DNA of 64,000 nucleotides from Promethearchaeia archaeon. GTDB lineage: Archaea; Asgardarchaeota; Lokiarchaeia; Sigyniarchaeales; SOKP01. Positions 41,159 to 50,143 of this stretch are shown here, piece by piece; position 1 is the stretch's first letter, and each line of letters begins with the position of its first letter. Under the pieces are notes generated by a model, which was not told the origin of the DNA, did no database searches, and worked only from the letters and a program-made list of their open reading frames with translations. Both the position numbers and the translations under genes were made by a program. The DNA lies in assembly GCA_029856155.1 (NCBI GenBank), contig JAHQWL010000102.1:1-64000 (forward strand). Reading direction: 5' to 3'.

Positions 41159-41431
41159 TCATAATACCTTAGCATTCTTTAAAAAAGATTTAACTTCTTC
41201 TTGAGTTGCATTAAATAATTCTGAAATTACCATTAAAGATGTATTTTCATCCATACCCAAATTAGTATAATCTTGATATAATTTTATCCAAGTCTCTTTT
41301 TGGGTATATTTATCTGGATGTTCTGTTTGAATATGTTGCCAATATGGGTGTTGTTAAGCCGTGAAAAATAATTTTTTTCACGATAGCTCAATACCACAAA
41401 AAGGGCAAAACCTTGACTCATCTTCACTCAT
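41159..41431 (-). CDS. 80-aa C2H2-type zinc-finger protein, intron-containing (missed by the ORF track)
   Basis: Exon 1 41431-41384 MSEDESRFCPFCGIEL; exon 2 41353-41159 QHPYWQHIQTEHPDKY...FLKNAKVL*; CxxC...HxxxxH finger forms only after splicing. Confidence 0.8.
41354..41383 (-). other. 30-nt BHB intron in the zinc-finger gene
   Basis: Outer helix GGUAUU/AACACC, central helix GAGC/GCUU, bulges UA^U and AA^C, 9-bp inner stem CGUGAAAAA/UUUUUCACG; two in-frame stops. Confidence 0.85.
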
Positions 41432-41562
41432 ATAACTTATCCCTTAAGTTTTTAATCAATTATTTTTTATTTGAATAATTGTAATAAACCAATATTAGTA
41501 TAAAAAACTTATAATTTCAAAAAGATAAAAATTTCGGATTTAGAGATTTTTTTTAAAATAAT

Positions 41563-42075
41563 TTATTCCCAGTATTCTTTTAATTCACTGCGTGTAATCT
41601 TTCTTACTTGATCTACAGCCCACACTACATAATGATAACATTTCTTTGTCCAAGTTCCATTTTTCCGATATTCTGTCATACCTTCAGCTTGACTGAAATC
41701 ATACCCACAGAGTTCTGGGCATACTACAGATCCAAATTCCTTCTCAAAATCAGACGCGAACTTAGCTGCTTTTAAATAGACCTCCAACATAATTTCATTA
41801 TCCATTCTTTTATGCCCTCCCATTATTATCCCTATTGCTGCACATCCCCCACAAACGGCACCACAGGCTCCTTGCCATCCGTTCTTTGATTTATAGCCAC
41901 CAAAACTACCCGCTAAAGGAATTGCTAGATTATGAAATATATAATTATCAATTTCTAGAATATCCAGAACACTTGTTAATGTCAGTTCTGCACAACTAAC
42001 TCCCTCTTTTAGTTTGGGTAACAATTCGTTTAATTCTTTAAGTTTTTCATCGAATCGAATATCGATATTTTGCAT
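41563..42075 (-). CDS. C_GCAxxG_C_C family putative redox protein
   Basis: SCAE, GACGAVCGG, FGSVVCPEL, KC motifs. Confidence 0.85.
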   Translation of the reverse strand: MQNIDIRFDEKLKELNELLPKLKEGVSCAELTLTSVLDILEIDNYIFHNLAIPLAGSFGGYKSKNGWQGACGAVCGGCAAIGIIMGGHKRMDNEIMLEVYLKAAKFASDFEKEFGSVVCPELCGYDFSQAEGMTEYRKNGTWTKKCYHYVVWAVDQVRKITRSELKEYWE

Positions 42076-42206
42076 TTTTTTATAAACTCGTTCTTTTTAA
42101 TAGTATATAAGCATTTAGTTTAAAATTAAATATGAAAATAACTATTAAATTCTTAACAAATATATTTAGTATTGCAATAAAAAATTTATAATTTTCTGGT
42201 TCGAAA

Positions 42207-42653
42207 TTGAAGGAACTTTTCGAGATAGGTTTTGTATTCCGGGGTTTTGTACTTGTAAATCATATCTTTAAAGAGTTACCCGTGCAAAAAGAAAGCGGAG
42301 TAAATAAAGATCTGAGAGGCGCATTTATTTCTGCTATTAATACTTTTGCAGATACTGCATTTAATAAAAGTTCTTTAGAATACTTAGAATCAGGGAATAT
42401 CTTATTTATCTTTAAATTATCTGAAGTTCAATCAGAAGATAATCGTGATAAAGAACCAATAATATTATATGGTTTAGTTGATAAGAGTAAAAAGAAATCT
42501 GATAAACTCGTCAGGAAATTTTTCGAAAAAGTTGATCCCGTGCTTCAATTGTTTATTCAAAAATATAATGGAGTTGATTTCACACAATTAAACCAATTTG
42601 AGTATTTTAATGAAACATTACTAGATTTTTTTATAAAAAAAACTCAGGAATAA
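42207..42653 (+). CDS. Stand-alone longin-like domain protein
   Basis: Beta-beta-alpha (LRGAFISAINTFA)-beta-beta-beta-alpha pattern typical of Asgard longin-like proteins. Confidence 0.55.
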   Translation: MKELFEIGFVFRGFVLVNHIFKELPVQKESGVNKDLRGAFISAINTFADTAFNKSSLEYLESGNILFIFKLSEVQSEDNRDKEPIILYGLVDKSKKKSDKLVRKFFEKVDPVLQLFIQKYNGVDFTQLNQFEYFNETLLDFFIKKTQE

Positions 42654-44324
42654 CTATTCAACTAAACACCAACCCTTCGGTTTAGCACGAGAGTATTGAA
42701 TTTTACCTTGGTCTTTTAATAAAGCAATTTCTTTATCAATTTGAGTATTAGAGAATCCTTTTTCTTGGATATCATTAACAAATTGAGCTTTTGTTTCAAC
42801 AACTTTTTGTTCCTTTAGATAAGCTATAATTGTATCTTCTAATGAACCAACAACACTAACTATTTCTTTAGACACTGGCTTTTTAGTTTTGTTTTCAAGA
42901 GCAGCGCGTAATTTTTCCTTTATAGGTTCTACTGGTTTTTCAATAACTAATGGTTGTACTTTAGGTTTTGGTTGTTCCTTAACTACAATATCTGCTTTAA
43001 CTTCTTCAGGAATTTCTTTTTGCATTTCTTCTTTAGGTAAACTCCCTACAGGATAAGTAACCTTTTCATAAGTAACTGATTTTTGTGTTTTTAGCAATGT
43101 GAATTCTTCTAATATTTCATCCTCTGAATACCCTAATTCTGTTAGTTCTTTCATTAAATTCTTTAAATGACCCTTCTCCTGCAAACTATTAAAAATAAAT
43201 TCTCTAATATTTGTTGGAACATCTTTTATTTGAGCTAATTGCTCAATAAAGTCTTCTTTTCTGATAATTGGAGTTTCTGGGATTTGAATATTTTGAGGAA
43301 TCTCAAGAGCTTGTTTTTGACCCCATTCAAAATCAGTCACGTTTCTAATTCTACGATCATATCCTCCAAATACAATTTGTTTTAATTTTTGTCCATTTAC
43401 TGAAATATAGCATACATTTTTAATCGATGATGCAACTTTTGTTTTCCATTTTAACTCAAAATCGTGGGAATTTAATGATTGATTATGAAAAACTTTTAAG
43501 GACCCATCAGCACATCCCGCAACAATTTCCTTTGCATTATCACCATCTATATCTTCAATTAATAATGAAACTGGACGACCATCATCAATTTCAATCTCTT
43601 TAATAAGTTCACCTTTACTATCTAAAATCCTAATAAATGAATCATCAGTAGCTAATACTATCTCATTAAATCCATCATTAGTAACATCTCCAACTTGAAT
43701 ATCATTAATCTGAGTATTAAAATTATTCTGCCAAATAATATCAGGCATATTTTCTGTGAATTGAATTAGCTGGATGATTCCATTTTTAGTTCCAACTAAT
43801 AATGCATAAATGGGTAAATCATTATCTGGTAGTTTCAAAAATCCTAATGTACAAGCGGTAACCCATGAATCATAATAAAAAATATATTTTGGTTCTTTAG
43901 CTTTAATATCATCGAATATTTTAAGGGTTTTATCTTCACTTCCAAAAATCATCTCAATGTTCCCATCTTGAGTAAAATCTCCTGCGATACAACAATCTAT
44001 CTTCTTGGAGGTTTTGTAGCGCATTAGTCCAGCAAGTTTCTTTTTTTCTATATTTAATTTCATAACCATAAAATTTCCATCTCCAGCTCCCACCAAGATT
44101 TCATCACATCCATCTCCATCTATATCAATTGGATAAGTGCAGCGACACCATCCATCAAAAATTCGTTCATCAAGTATATTCTTCTCTTCATCCATTAGAT
44201 AAAGAGTTTTATCATGTCCACCAAATACAAGAAAGTTTTCATCTTTACATTTCAAAATAGAACACGTTAATACGGCATCTGGACACTCAAACATCCAATT
44301 TAGCTGATAACGTTTTCTTAACAT
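42654..44324 (-). CDS. FG-GAP-like beta-propeller protein with C-terminal winged-helix-like domain
   Basis: Repeats DIDGDGCDEILVG, GDFTQDGNIEMIFGSED, GDVTNDGFNEIVL, DIDGDNAKEIVAG. Confidence 0.7.
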   Translation of the reverse strand: MLRKRYQLNWMFECPDAVLTCSILKCKDENFLVFGGHDKTLYLMDEEKNILDERIFDGWCRCTYPIDIDGDGCDEILVGAGDGNFMVMKLNIEKKKLAGLMRYKTSKKIDCCIAGDFTQDGNIEMIFGSEDKTLKIFDDIKAKEPKYIFYYDSWVTACTLGFLKLPDNDLPIYALLVGTKNGIIQLIQFTENMPDIIWQNNFNTQINDIQVGDVTNDGFNEIVLATDDSFIRILDSKGELIKEIEIDDGRPVSLLIEDIDGDNAKEIVAGCADGSLKVFHNQSLNSHDFELKWKTKVASSIKNVCYISVNGQKLKQIVFGGYDRRIRNVTDFEWGQKQALEIPQNIQIPETPIIRKEDFIEQLAQIKDVPTNIREFIFNSLQEKGHLKNLMKELTELGYSEDEILEEFTLLKTQKSVTYEKVTYPVGSLPKEEMQKEIPEEVKADIVVKEQPKPKVQPLVIEKPVEPIKEKLRAALENKTKKPVSKEIVSVVGSLEDTIIAYLKEQKVVETKAQFVNDIQEKGFSNTQIDKEIALLKDQGKIQYSRAKPKGWCLVE

Positions 44325-44471
44325 GGTTTCTTTAAGTTATTTATGATTATAGAAAGTGATAGTAATTAAATTAAATTTGATTGTTTATTCATTTAATACT
44401 TATCTCAAATGTTTATTAAACTATTATGGTAAATAAAAAAAAATAAAAAAATAAAAAATATTTATTTTGCG

Positions 44472-46637
44472 TTAGAGCGCTAATTGGGCATCAGATGGGC
44501 TGTATTTACCTGTACCCGTTATTTCATATGTGATTTCTAATTTTTCGCCAACTTCCAAAACTTCAATATCCCATTTTAACGTGTCTTGTCCTACTTCATC
44601 AGTAATTTCTGGAGTCAAGGAATAGGTACCATATTCAAAAGAGTCTGGAACCTTATCAAGTAAGATAAGGTGACTTAACTTAGATTCACCAATATTTTCG
44701 AGAGTTAATATAATTCTATAATTTCCAAGATCTCCAATAGGTACAACTTCCTTTCCAATTCTGAATTTGCGCCTAATATGCATGGCTTCGATTACAGGAA
44801 CTTCTGGTTTAAATTCTAGCTCTTGACTTATTGGAAAAGTGTTAGCGAGATATATAATTTCAGATTCAAAAGTGGATTCACGTACAGGATTCATACAATG
44901 AATAGGATATTCAAACTCCATTGTTGATTCTGGTTTAAACATACCAGTGCTACTATCCTTTAGATCTTTAAGATCAATTTTAAATTCCTTGTCCTCAAAA
45001 GATACAGCAGCCGCAGCTATTTCAACCTCTTCCCCATCCCATACTAATTTTATCTCATTTGCTTTTGGTGGTTGATATTCTTCTGAGAAAGAATGGTGTA
45101 CAACAGTTATTTCATCTAGAGGAGCTGAACCATTATTAACTACTTTAAGTGTAGCGATAACATCTTTAGGACGATAAGTTGGAACTTCGGTTAAGTTATA
45201 TGACATTACTCCAGTGATACTTCCAATTTCTAATATAACATCTGAAAGAGAAGCGGTTCCATTTACGATTGTTTGAAAATCCGGCATTACTCGAAATTCT
45301 AATTTCTTCCTAAAAGTAGGATATTCCTCACTCTCATATTGCCATTTTATTGAGTGCCATTGGGCTCCACTTGGTAAGAGATTAACCTCATTTGGATCTA
45401 TGTCTACAAATTTCTTTGATTCATCTTCAGGAGCATATACATCTGCATTAAAAAGTTGAATTATAAACTCTGAAGCGTTATCAAATACAAGTTTACAATC
45501 AAAAATACCTGGTTCTTCATCTCTTTCAACCGTATCAATATAGAACTTATTTCTAGTATAAGCATCAAATTTACCTATATCTAAACCTTCAGCAAAAGAA
45601 GAAGCACTTTGATATGTAACCTCGATTGTTCCTGTTCGTCTTTTAATAATATCAGTCACCATAATGTTGCATGTAAATTTCAACATTACAGTGTACTCTG
45701 GGGCTAATTTATCAAATGTCCAGACTATTTGGTTTCCTTCAATATTAGCTCTTCCTTCAGTAGTATCTACAATCACAGGATTTGTAAAATCATCGGGAAT
45801 ATTTTTTACAACTTTAATGTTTGATACAGGTTTATCAAACAAGCTTCTAAGAGCAATTGCAAAGTGAACAACATTTTCTCTATCAATCGAGATTCCGAAA
45901 GACTCTAAACCTGTCTCAGCTAGAGTTCCTCCATCACCCCAAGTTTCACCTAATTCATCTTCCTCTTCTTCTTCCTCCTTTTTGATTTCAGGTTCTTTTT
46001 TAGAGGGTTTAGGGGGTTTAGAGGCATTTCCGCTTTTTTTATCCTTTAATTTTGTTAACTCTTTCTCAATGTCGTTAATATTCAATACCTCATCCGCATT
46101 GGGAAGGGTGCAAATAAACTCTTTAACAAGCAATAAATTTTTTATATCTTTTGTTATTCGAAATTCTCTTGAGTCAATATTATCTGGTGTTTCTGTGCCT
46201 AATTCTTGTATTGAAATATCCTTTGATTTCAAATCAGTGCTACCAATATTTTCAAGTGAGATATCAATATCCCATAATCTATCAACAGTACTAGGATTTT
46301 CAATATTTAATTTTCCTTTATGGGTAAATGACTTAATGTTAGCATCATGATCTTGTTTTACGTCCACTTCTTCAATAATTTTAACTAATGCTAATAAACC
46401 TTCTCTATTTCCTTTTTTCAATACGATGCTTCCTTCAAGTTTACCTGTGTCTTCATCGTAAGTCTCAATAACAGGAGTCGCAGTATCTCGATCGATTAAT
46501 TCAACAAGACCAGTGTCCATATCTTTTCTTTTCAATCCCTCAGCAACGAGTTCTTCTTCAATTTCTTCCTTACCCCAGCCCATTCGCGCCGTTGGTTTTG
46601 ATTCTTTCTTTTTCTTATCTTTATCTTTTTTAGCCAT
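44472..46637 (-). CDS. Large acidic beta-sandwich protein, mu-homology-domain-like
   Basis: Beta-rich segments resembling adaptin-mu/delta-COP C-terminal domains (VKIIEEVDV...HKGKL; IVWTFDKL); recognition by eye only. Confidence 0.55.
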   Translation of the reverse strand: MAKKDKDKKKKESKPTARMGWGKEEIEEELVAEGLKRKDMDTGLVELIDRDTATPVIETYDEDTGKLEGSIVLKKGNREGLLALVKIIEEVDVKQDHDANIKSFTHKGKLNIENPSTVDRLWDIDISLENIGSTDLKSKDISIQELGTETPDNIDSREFRITKDIKNLLLVKEFICTLPNADEVLNINDIEKELTKLKDKKSGNASKPPKPSKKEPEIKKEEEEEEDELGETWGDGGTLAETGLESFGISIDRENVVHFAIALRSLFDKPVSNIKVVKNIPDDFTNPVIVDTTEGRANIEGNQIVWTFDKLAPEYTVMLKFTCNIMVTDIIKRRTGTIEVTYQSASSFAEGLDIGKFDAYTRNKFYIDTVERDEEPGIFDCKLVFDNASEFIIQLFNADVYAPEDESKKFVDIDPNEVNLLPSGAQWHSIKWQYESEEYPTFRKKLEFRVMPDFQTIVNGTASLSDVILEIGSITGVMSYNLTEVPTYRPKDVIATLKVVNNGSAPLDEITVVHHSFSEEYQPPKANEIKLVWDGEEVEIAAAAVSFEDKEFKIDLKDLKDSSTGMFKPESTMEFEYPIHCMNPVRESTFESEIIYLANTFPISQELEFKPEVPVIEAMHIRRKFRIGKEVVPIGDLGNYRIILTLENIGESKLSHLILLDKVPDSFEYGTYSLTPEITDEVGQDTLKWDIEVLEVGEKLEITYEITGTGKYSPSDAQLAL

Positions 46638-46792
46638 TGTTTTTTACCAAGAATTTGTTTTTATCAAGTTGAAAACTATTTACCAATTAATATAAATTAA
46701 TCGATAAAATAATTTCATCGCCATTCCTATAAAAAATTTATCAATATAAAGTAAGAGAGTTTTATGTAACAGAAATGAAGCTTTATCTTATA

Positions 46793-46960
46793 TTACACAA
46801 ATTTTTTGCCATCTTCTTTTAGAGGAAAGGGTAAGATATCAGGATCGCTAATTTCATGACCGCACATAGGACACACAGTCCTATCATTTTCATTTTTTGT
46901 ACTTAAAGATCTGAAGCTAAAGCCACAAGCGGGACAAATTATCACTTCACTCATTTTCAT
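46793..46960 (-). CDS. 55-aa zinc-ribbon protein (below the ORF-track cut-off)
   Basis: MKMSEVIICPACGFSFRS...RTVCPMCGHEI...KKFV*; two CPxCG motifs. Confidence 0.7.
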   Translation of the reverse strand: MKMSEVIICPACGFSFRSLSTKNENDRTVCPMCGHEISDPDILPFPLKEDGKKFV

Positions 46961-46990
46961 TACTTTTATTAAATCCTTTAATATTTAAAT

Positions 46991-48412
46991 TTAATTTGAA
47001 AAAAGAATCAAGATTATATCATTTACATTACAACCAGTTGGTCCTGTTATCAATTCCGTTCCTAACTCCTTGAAGAAGCTATTTGAATCATTATTTTCTA
47101 AAAACACCTCGGGATCAATATTTTTTATAATCATTTGTTCCAACACATAATTATCAACTAAAGCCCCCATTGCTTTACTATTTCCTTCAATGCCATCAAG
47201 ATTTACTCCAATGATTACAAAATTATAATTTAGTTTTTTAGTTTTTATATTATTTAGGAAACTTAAAAGCATTTCTTGGTTCCTACCTCCAATACCATTC
47301 CCTTTAATTGAAACCGTTAATTCTCCTGTTCCAATTAAAGCACTCTTTTCTAATTTTTCTTGGTTTGAGTAATTTTCTAAATGTTGTAACATTAAGGCAT
47401 AGAGTGATTTTCCAAATTCTCTAACCTCTCCGATTACATTGTTAGAGAAATAAATGACAGTATATCCTTTACTTTTTAAGAAAAATTTTATTTCTTCAAC
47501 CGCAGAAGTCACACTTCCAATTAAATAATTATGAACATTTGTAAAACATGGATCATAGGGTTTTGGATTTTCTAATCTATGATTTGATAACCCTTTTTCT
47601 AAATATTCTTTTATGGAGTTAGGAATTTTATTTAAAAGATCATATTTTTTTAAAAATTCAAGGGCATCTTTAAATGTAGTATTATCGGGTACTGTAGGTC
47701 CAGAAGCAATCGCATCTAAATTATCTCCAACGACATCTGAAATGATTAAAGAAATTAAGGTGGCTCCACTTGATTTATATAATTTCTTTGCAAGGTTACC
47801 ACCTTTAAAATCTGATAAATGTTTTCTAATAGTGTTAATCTCGTGAATTGACACTGCAGAAGATAAGAGTAGGGAATTAATTTTTTGTAAATCCTCAAGG
47901 TTTATACTTTGTCTTGGTAAAGGAAGTAAAGCAGAGCCTCCTCCAGAAATTAAACAAAAGATAAGATCATTATCAGTTGAATTCTCAACAATTTCCATCA
48001 TAGATTTAGTTCCTTTAAATCCACTTTCATTTGGAATAGGATGGGAAGCAATATTGATGGAAATTTTACTCTCTATAAACAATTCTTGGTTTTCCGTATT
48101 TTTTGGTATGTTAATAATCCCCTCATAATCAATATCTATAAAACTTTTCAAGTATCTTTCAAGAGACAATGCCATCTCAGCAGCTGCTTTACCACCACCA
48201 ATTATGTAAATTTTTTTAAATTTTAATAAATCAAACTCATCGTTTTGAATTAATAATTTGCCATTTTGTATTTTAAGTGATTTTTCCATCATGTTTTTAG
48301 GTTTTACAGCATTAATGGATTTCTCAATTGCTTGAAGTCCAGTTTCTCTTAAAGATAATTGATTTTTATCCAAATCATCAAAAAGCAGTTGAGAAGTATT
48401 TTTAAGGTACAA
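46991..48412 (-). CDS. Glycerate 2-kinase (GckA/TtuD, MOFRL family)
   Basis: GGGKAA, HPIP, LISGGGSAL, SDVVGD, IASGPT, GGRNQE, TGPTGCNVND. Confidence 0.9.
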   Translation of the reverse strand: MYLKNTSQLLFDDLDKNQLSLRETGLQAIEKSINAVKPKNMMEKSLKIQNGKLLIQNDEFDLLKFKKIYIIGGGKAAAEMALSLERYLKSFIDIDYEGIINIPKNTENQELFIESKISINIASHPIPNESGFKGTKSMMEIVENSTDNDLIFCLISGGGSALLPLPRQSINLEDLQKINSLLLSSAVSIHEINTIRKHLSDFKGGNLAKKLYKSSGATLISLIISDVVGDNLDAIASGPTVPDNTTFKDALEFLKKYDLLNKIPNSIKEYLEKGLSNHRLENPKPYDPCFTNVHNYLIGSVTSAVEEIKFFLKSKGYTVIYFSNNVIGEVREFGKSLYALMLQHLENYSNQEKLEKSALIGTGELTVSIKGNGIGGRNQEMLLSFLNNIKTKKLNYNFVIIGVNLDGIEGNSKAMGALVDNYVLEQMIIKNIDPEVFLENNDSNSFFKELGTELITGPTGCNVNDIILILFSN

Positions 48413-48753
48413 TTACAACACGTCGGTATTCGGATATTTTTTGTAATATATGGAGGATTTATTAAATACATATGAGAATTTCTGATAAATAATCCTTTCC
48501 AATTTAATAATTTATTTGTATAAAATTTATCTTAGGTACAGTTATTCCTAAAGAAGGTAGCTAAATTCATGAATAGTATTTGATCTTATTTAATTTATCT
48601 GCAAATTTTTATGTGTGTTTTTAGTTCGATGCGTTATTAAAAAATTCTTGCTTTTAATGAACTTTAAATAGATCTAGTTTTACTAAGTATTTGTTCTTGA
48701 TATTAATTTTAGGTAATCTATTTAATATTGATGAGTAGAATTTAATATAAGAT

Positions 48754-50109
48754 ATGCTGAGACAAGTAGTTGTACTCCAAGGAAATGATATTATTTATAG
48801 AAGAGTTTATGGAAATGCTTTGAATAATTCTGAGATTGAGGATATCAGTATTAAGATTATAAGGGAGTCAAAAAGAACCCTTGGTAAAACAACAGGATAT
48901 TTTGATTTTATAAAATTTAGAGTGTCTTATGATGTTGAGCTTGAAAATAATTTAATTTTTCTTTTTATAACAGGATTAATGGACGATTTTTATAGAGCAA
49001 TAAAAACTCAGTTGATGAATTTTAAAAATCTATTCCTACACCGTTTTATTATTAACTTAAAGGATATAAAATCAACGGATTTAGAATTTAAAGGAATTAA
49101 TGTAGCTCTTGATGAAATGCATAGAAATTTAAAGCCTAAAATTGCTGTGGTAGGTTTTGCGGGAGTTGGTAAAACAACGATAAAAAAACTAATAAAAATG
49201 GATGAGATTCCACTTCAACACATTCCGACTATTACAGGGGAAATTGCTACTATTAAAATAGGAAAACTTTTTTTTCGATTGTTTGATTTTGCTGGTCAAG
49301 AACAATTTAAATTTCTTTGGAAAGGATTTATAAAAGAAAGCGACGCAGTGCTTATTGTAACGGATTCTACACTAAAAAATGTCGAGAAAAGTAAATTCTT
49401 TTTAGATTTAAAAGTTAAAGAAGTTCCTCATGCTCGACCAGCAATTATTGGAAATAAGCAAGATCTACCCAATGCATTGAGTGTACAAGAGATTGAAACT
49501 CTCACGGGGTTAAAAACTTATCCAATGGTAGCGAATAGGAAGGAAAATCGCAATAAAATGATTCGAATTATCGCAGATATATTAGATATGAGTACAGAAG
49601 ACTCTCCGTTATTGAATGAATTGTTTAAGAATACTGACTTAAGTTATGAAACATTATTCGGGTTAGAAGAAGAAACCGGTCAGGAAGATTCCTTGATAAG
49701 AACTGAAGAACTGGTTCCTATGAAAACTACTTATATTGAGAATAATATCAATATTATTGATACTAGTCAACGGATAGATCAAATTATTTCGGAAAATGTT
49801 GTAGTAGAACCAACATTCTTTAAAGGAGCTAAAGTAATTGAAGAAAATCTAAAAATTCCCATTGAGAATGCTTTAATTTCTTCTGATTTATATATCGATT
49901 TTATGAAGACTAACTCATTTACAATAAAAGAGAAATTAGGGATTTTATTTACAGCAATTAATTGTTTCTTTCTTACAAAAACCATGCCAAAAATATATCC
50001 AAAATTCAGTTCCTTTTTAAAAATTTTCAAAATGGATGTTTTTAACTCTAAAGAAATTAATACAATTAGGAAATATTATACAAAGATTTTAAGAAACGTA
50101 AAGAATTGA
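48754..50109 (+). CDS. Longin-like domain fused to Arf-like small GTPase, with C-terminal extension
   Basis: GFAGVGKTT, PTI, FDFAGQ, GNKQD. Confidence 0.8.
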   Translation: MLRQVVVLQGNDIIYRRVYGNALNNSEIEDISIKIIRESKRTLGKTTGYFDFIKFRVSYDVELENNLIFLFITGLMDDFYRAIKTQLMNFKNLFLHRFIINLKDIKSTDLEFKGINVALDEMHRNLKPKIAVVGFAGVGKTTIKKLIKMDEIPLQHIPTITGEIATIKIGKLFFRLFDFAGQEQFKFLWKGFIKESDAVLIVTDSTLKNVEKSKFFLDLKVKEVPHARPAIIGNKQDLPNALSVQEIETLTGLKTYPMVANRKENRNKMIRIIADILDMSTEDSPLLNELFKNTDLSYETLFGLEEETGQEDSLIRTEELVPMKTTYIENNINIIDTSQRIDQIISENVVVEPTFFKGAKVIEENLKIPIENALISSDLYIDFMKTNSFTIKEKLGILFTAINCFFLTKTMPKIYPKFSSFLKIFKMDVFNSKEINTIRKYYTKILRNVKN

Positions 50110-50143
50110 AATTTTAAAAAAATTAAGAGTAAAGAACTTCAAT

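Noticed and set aside
41354-41383. Selenocysteine or stop read-through as the explanation for the in-frame TGA in the zinc-finger gene
   Set aside because: The same insert has an in-frame TAA, and 10 extra residues would distort the finger; BHB splicing explains both
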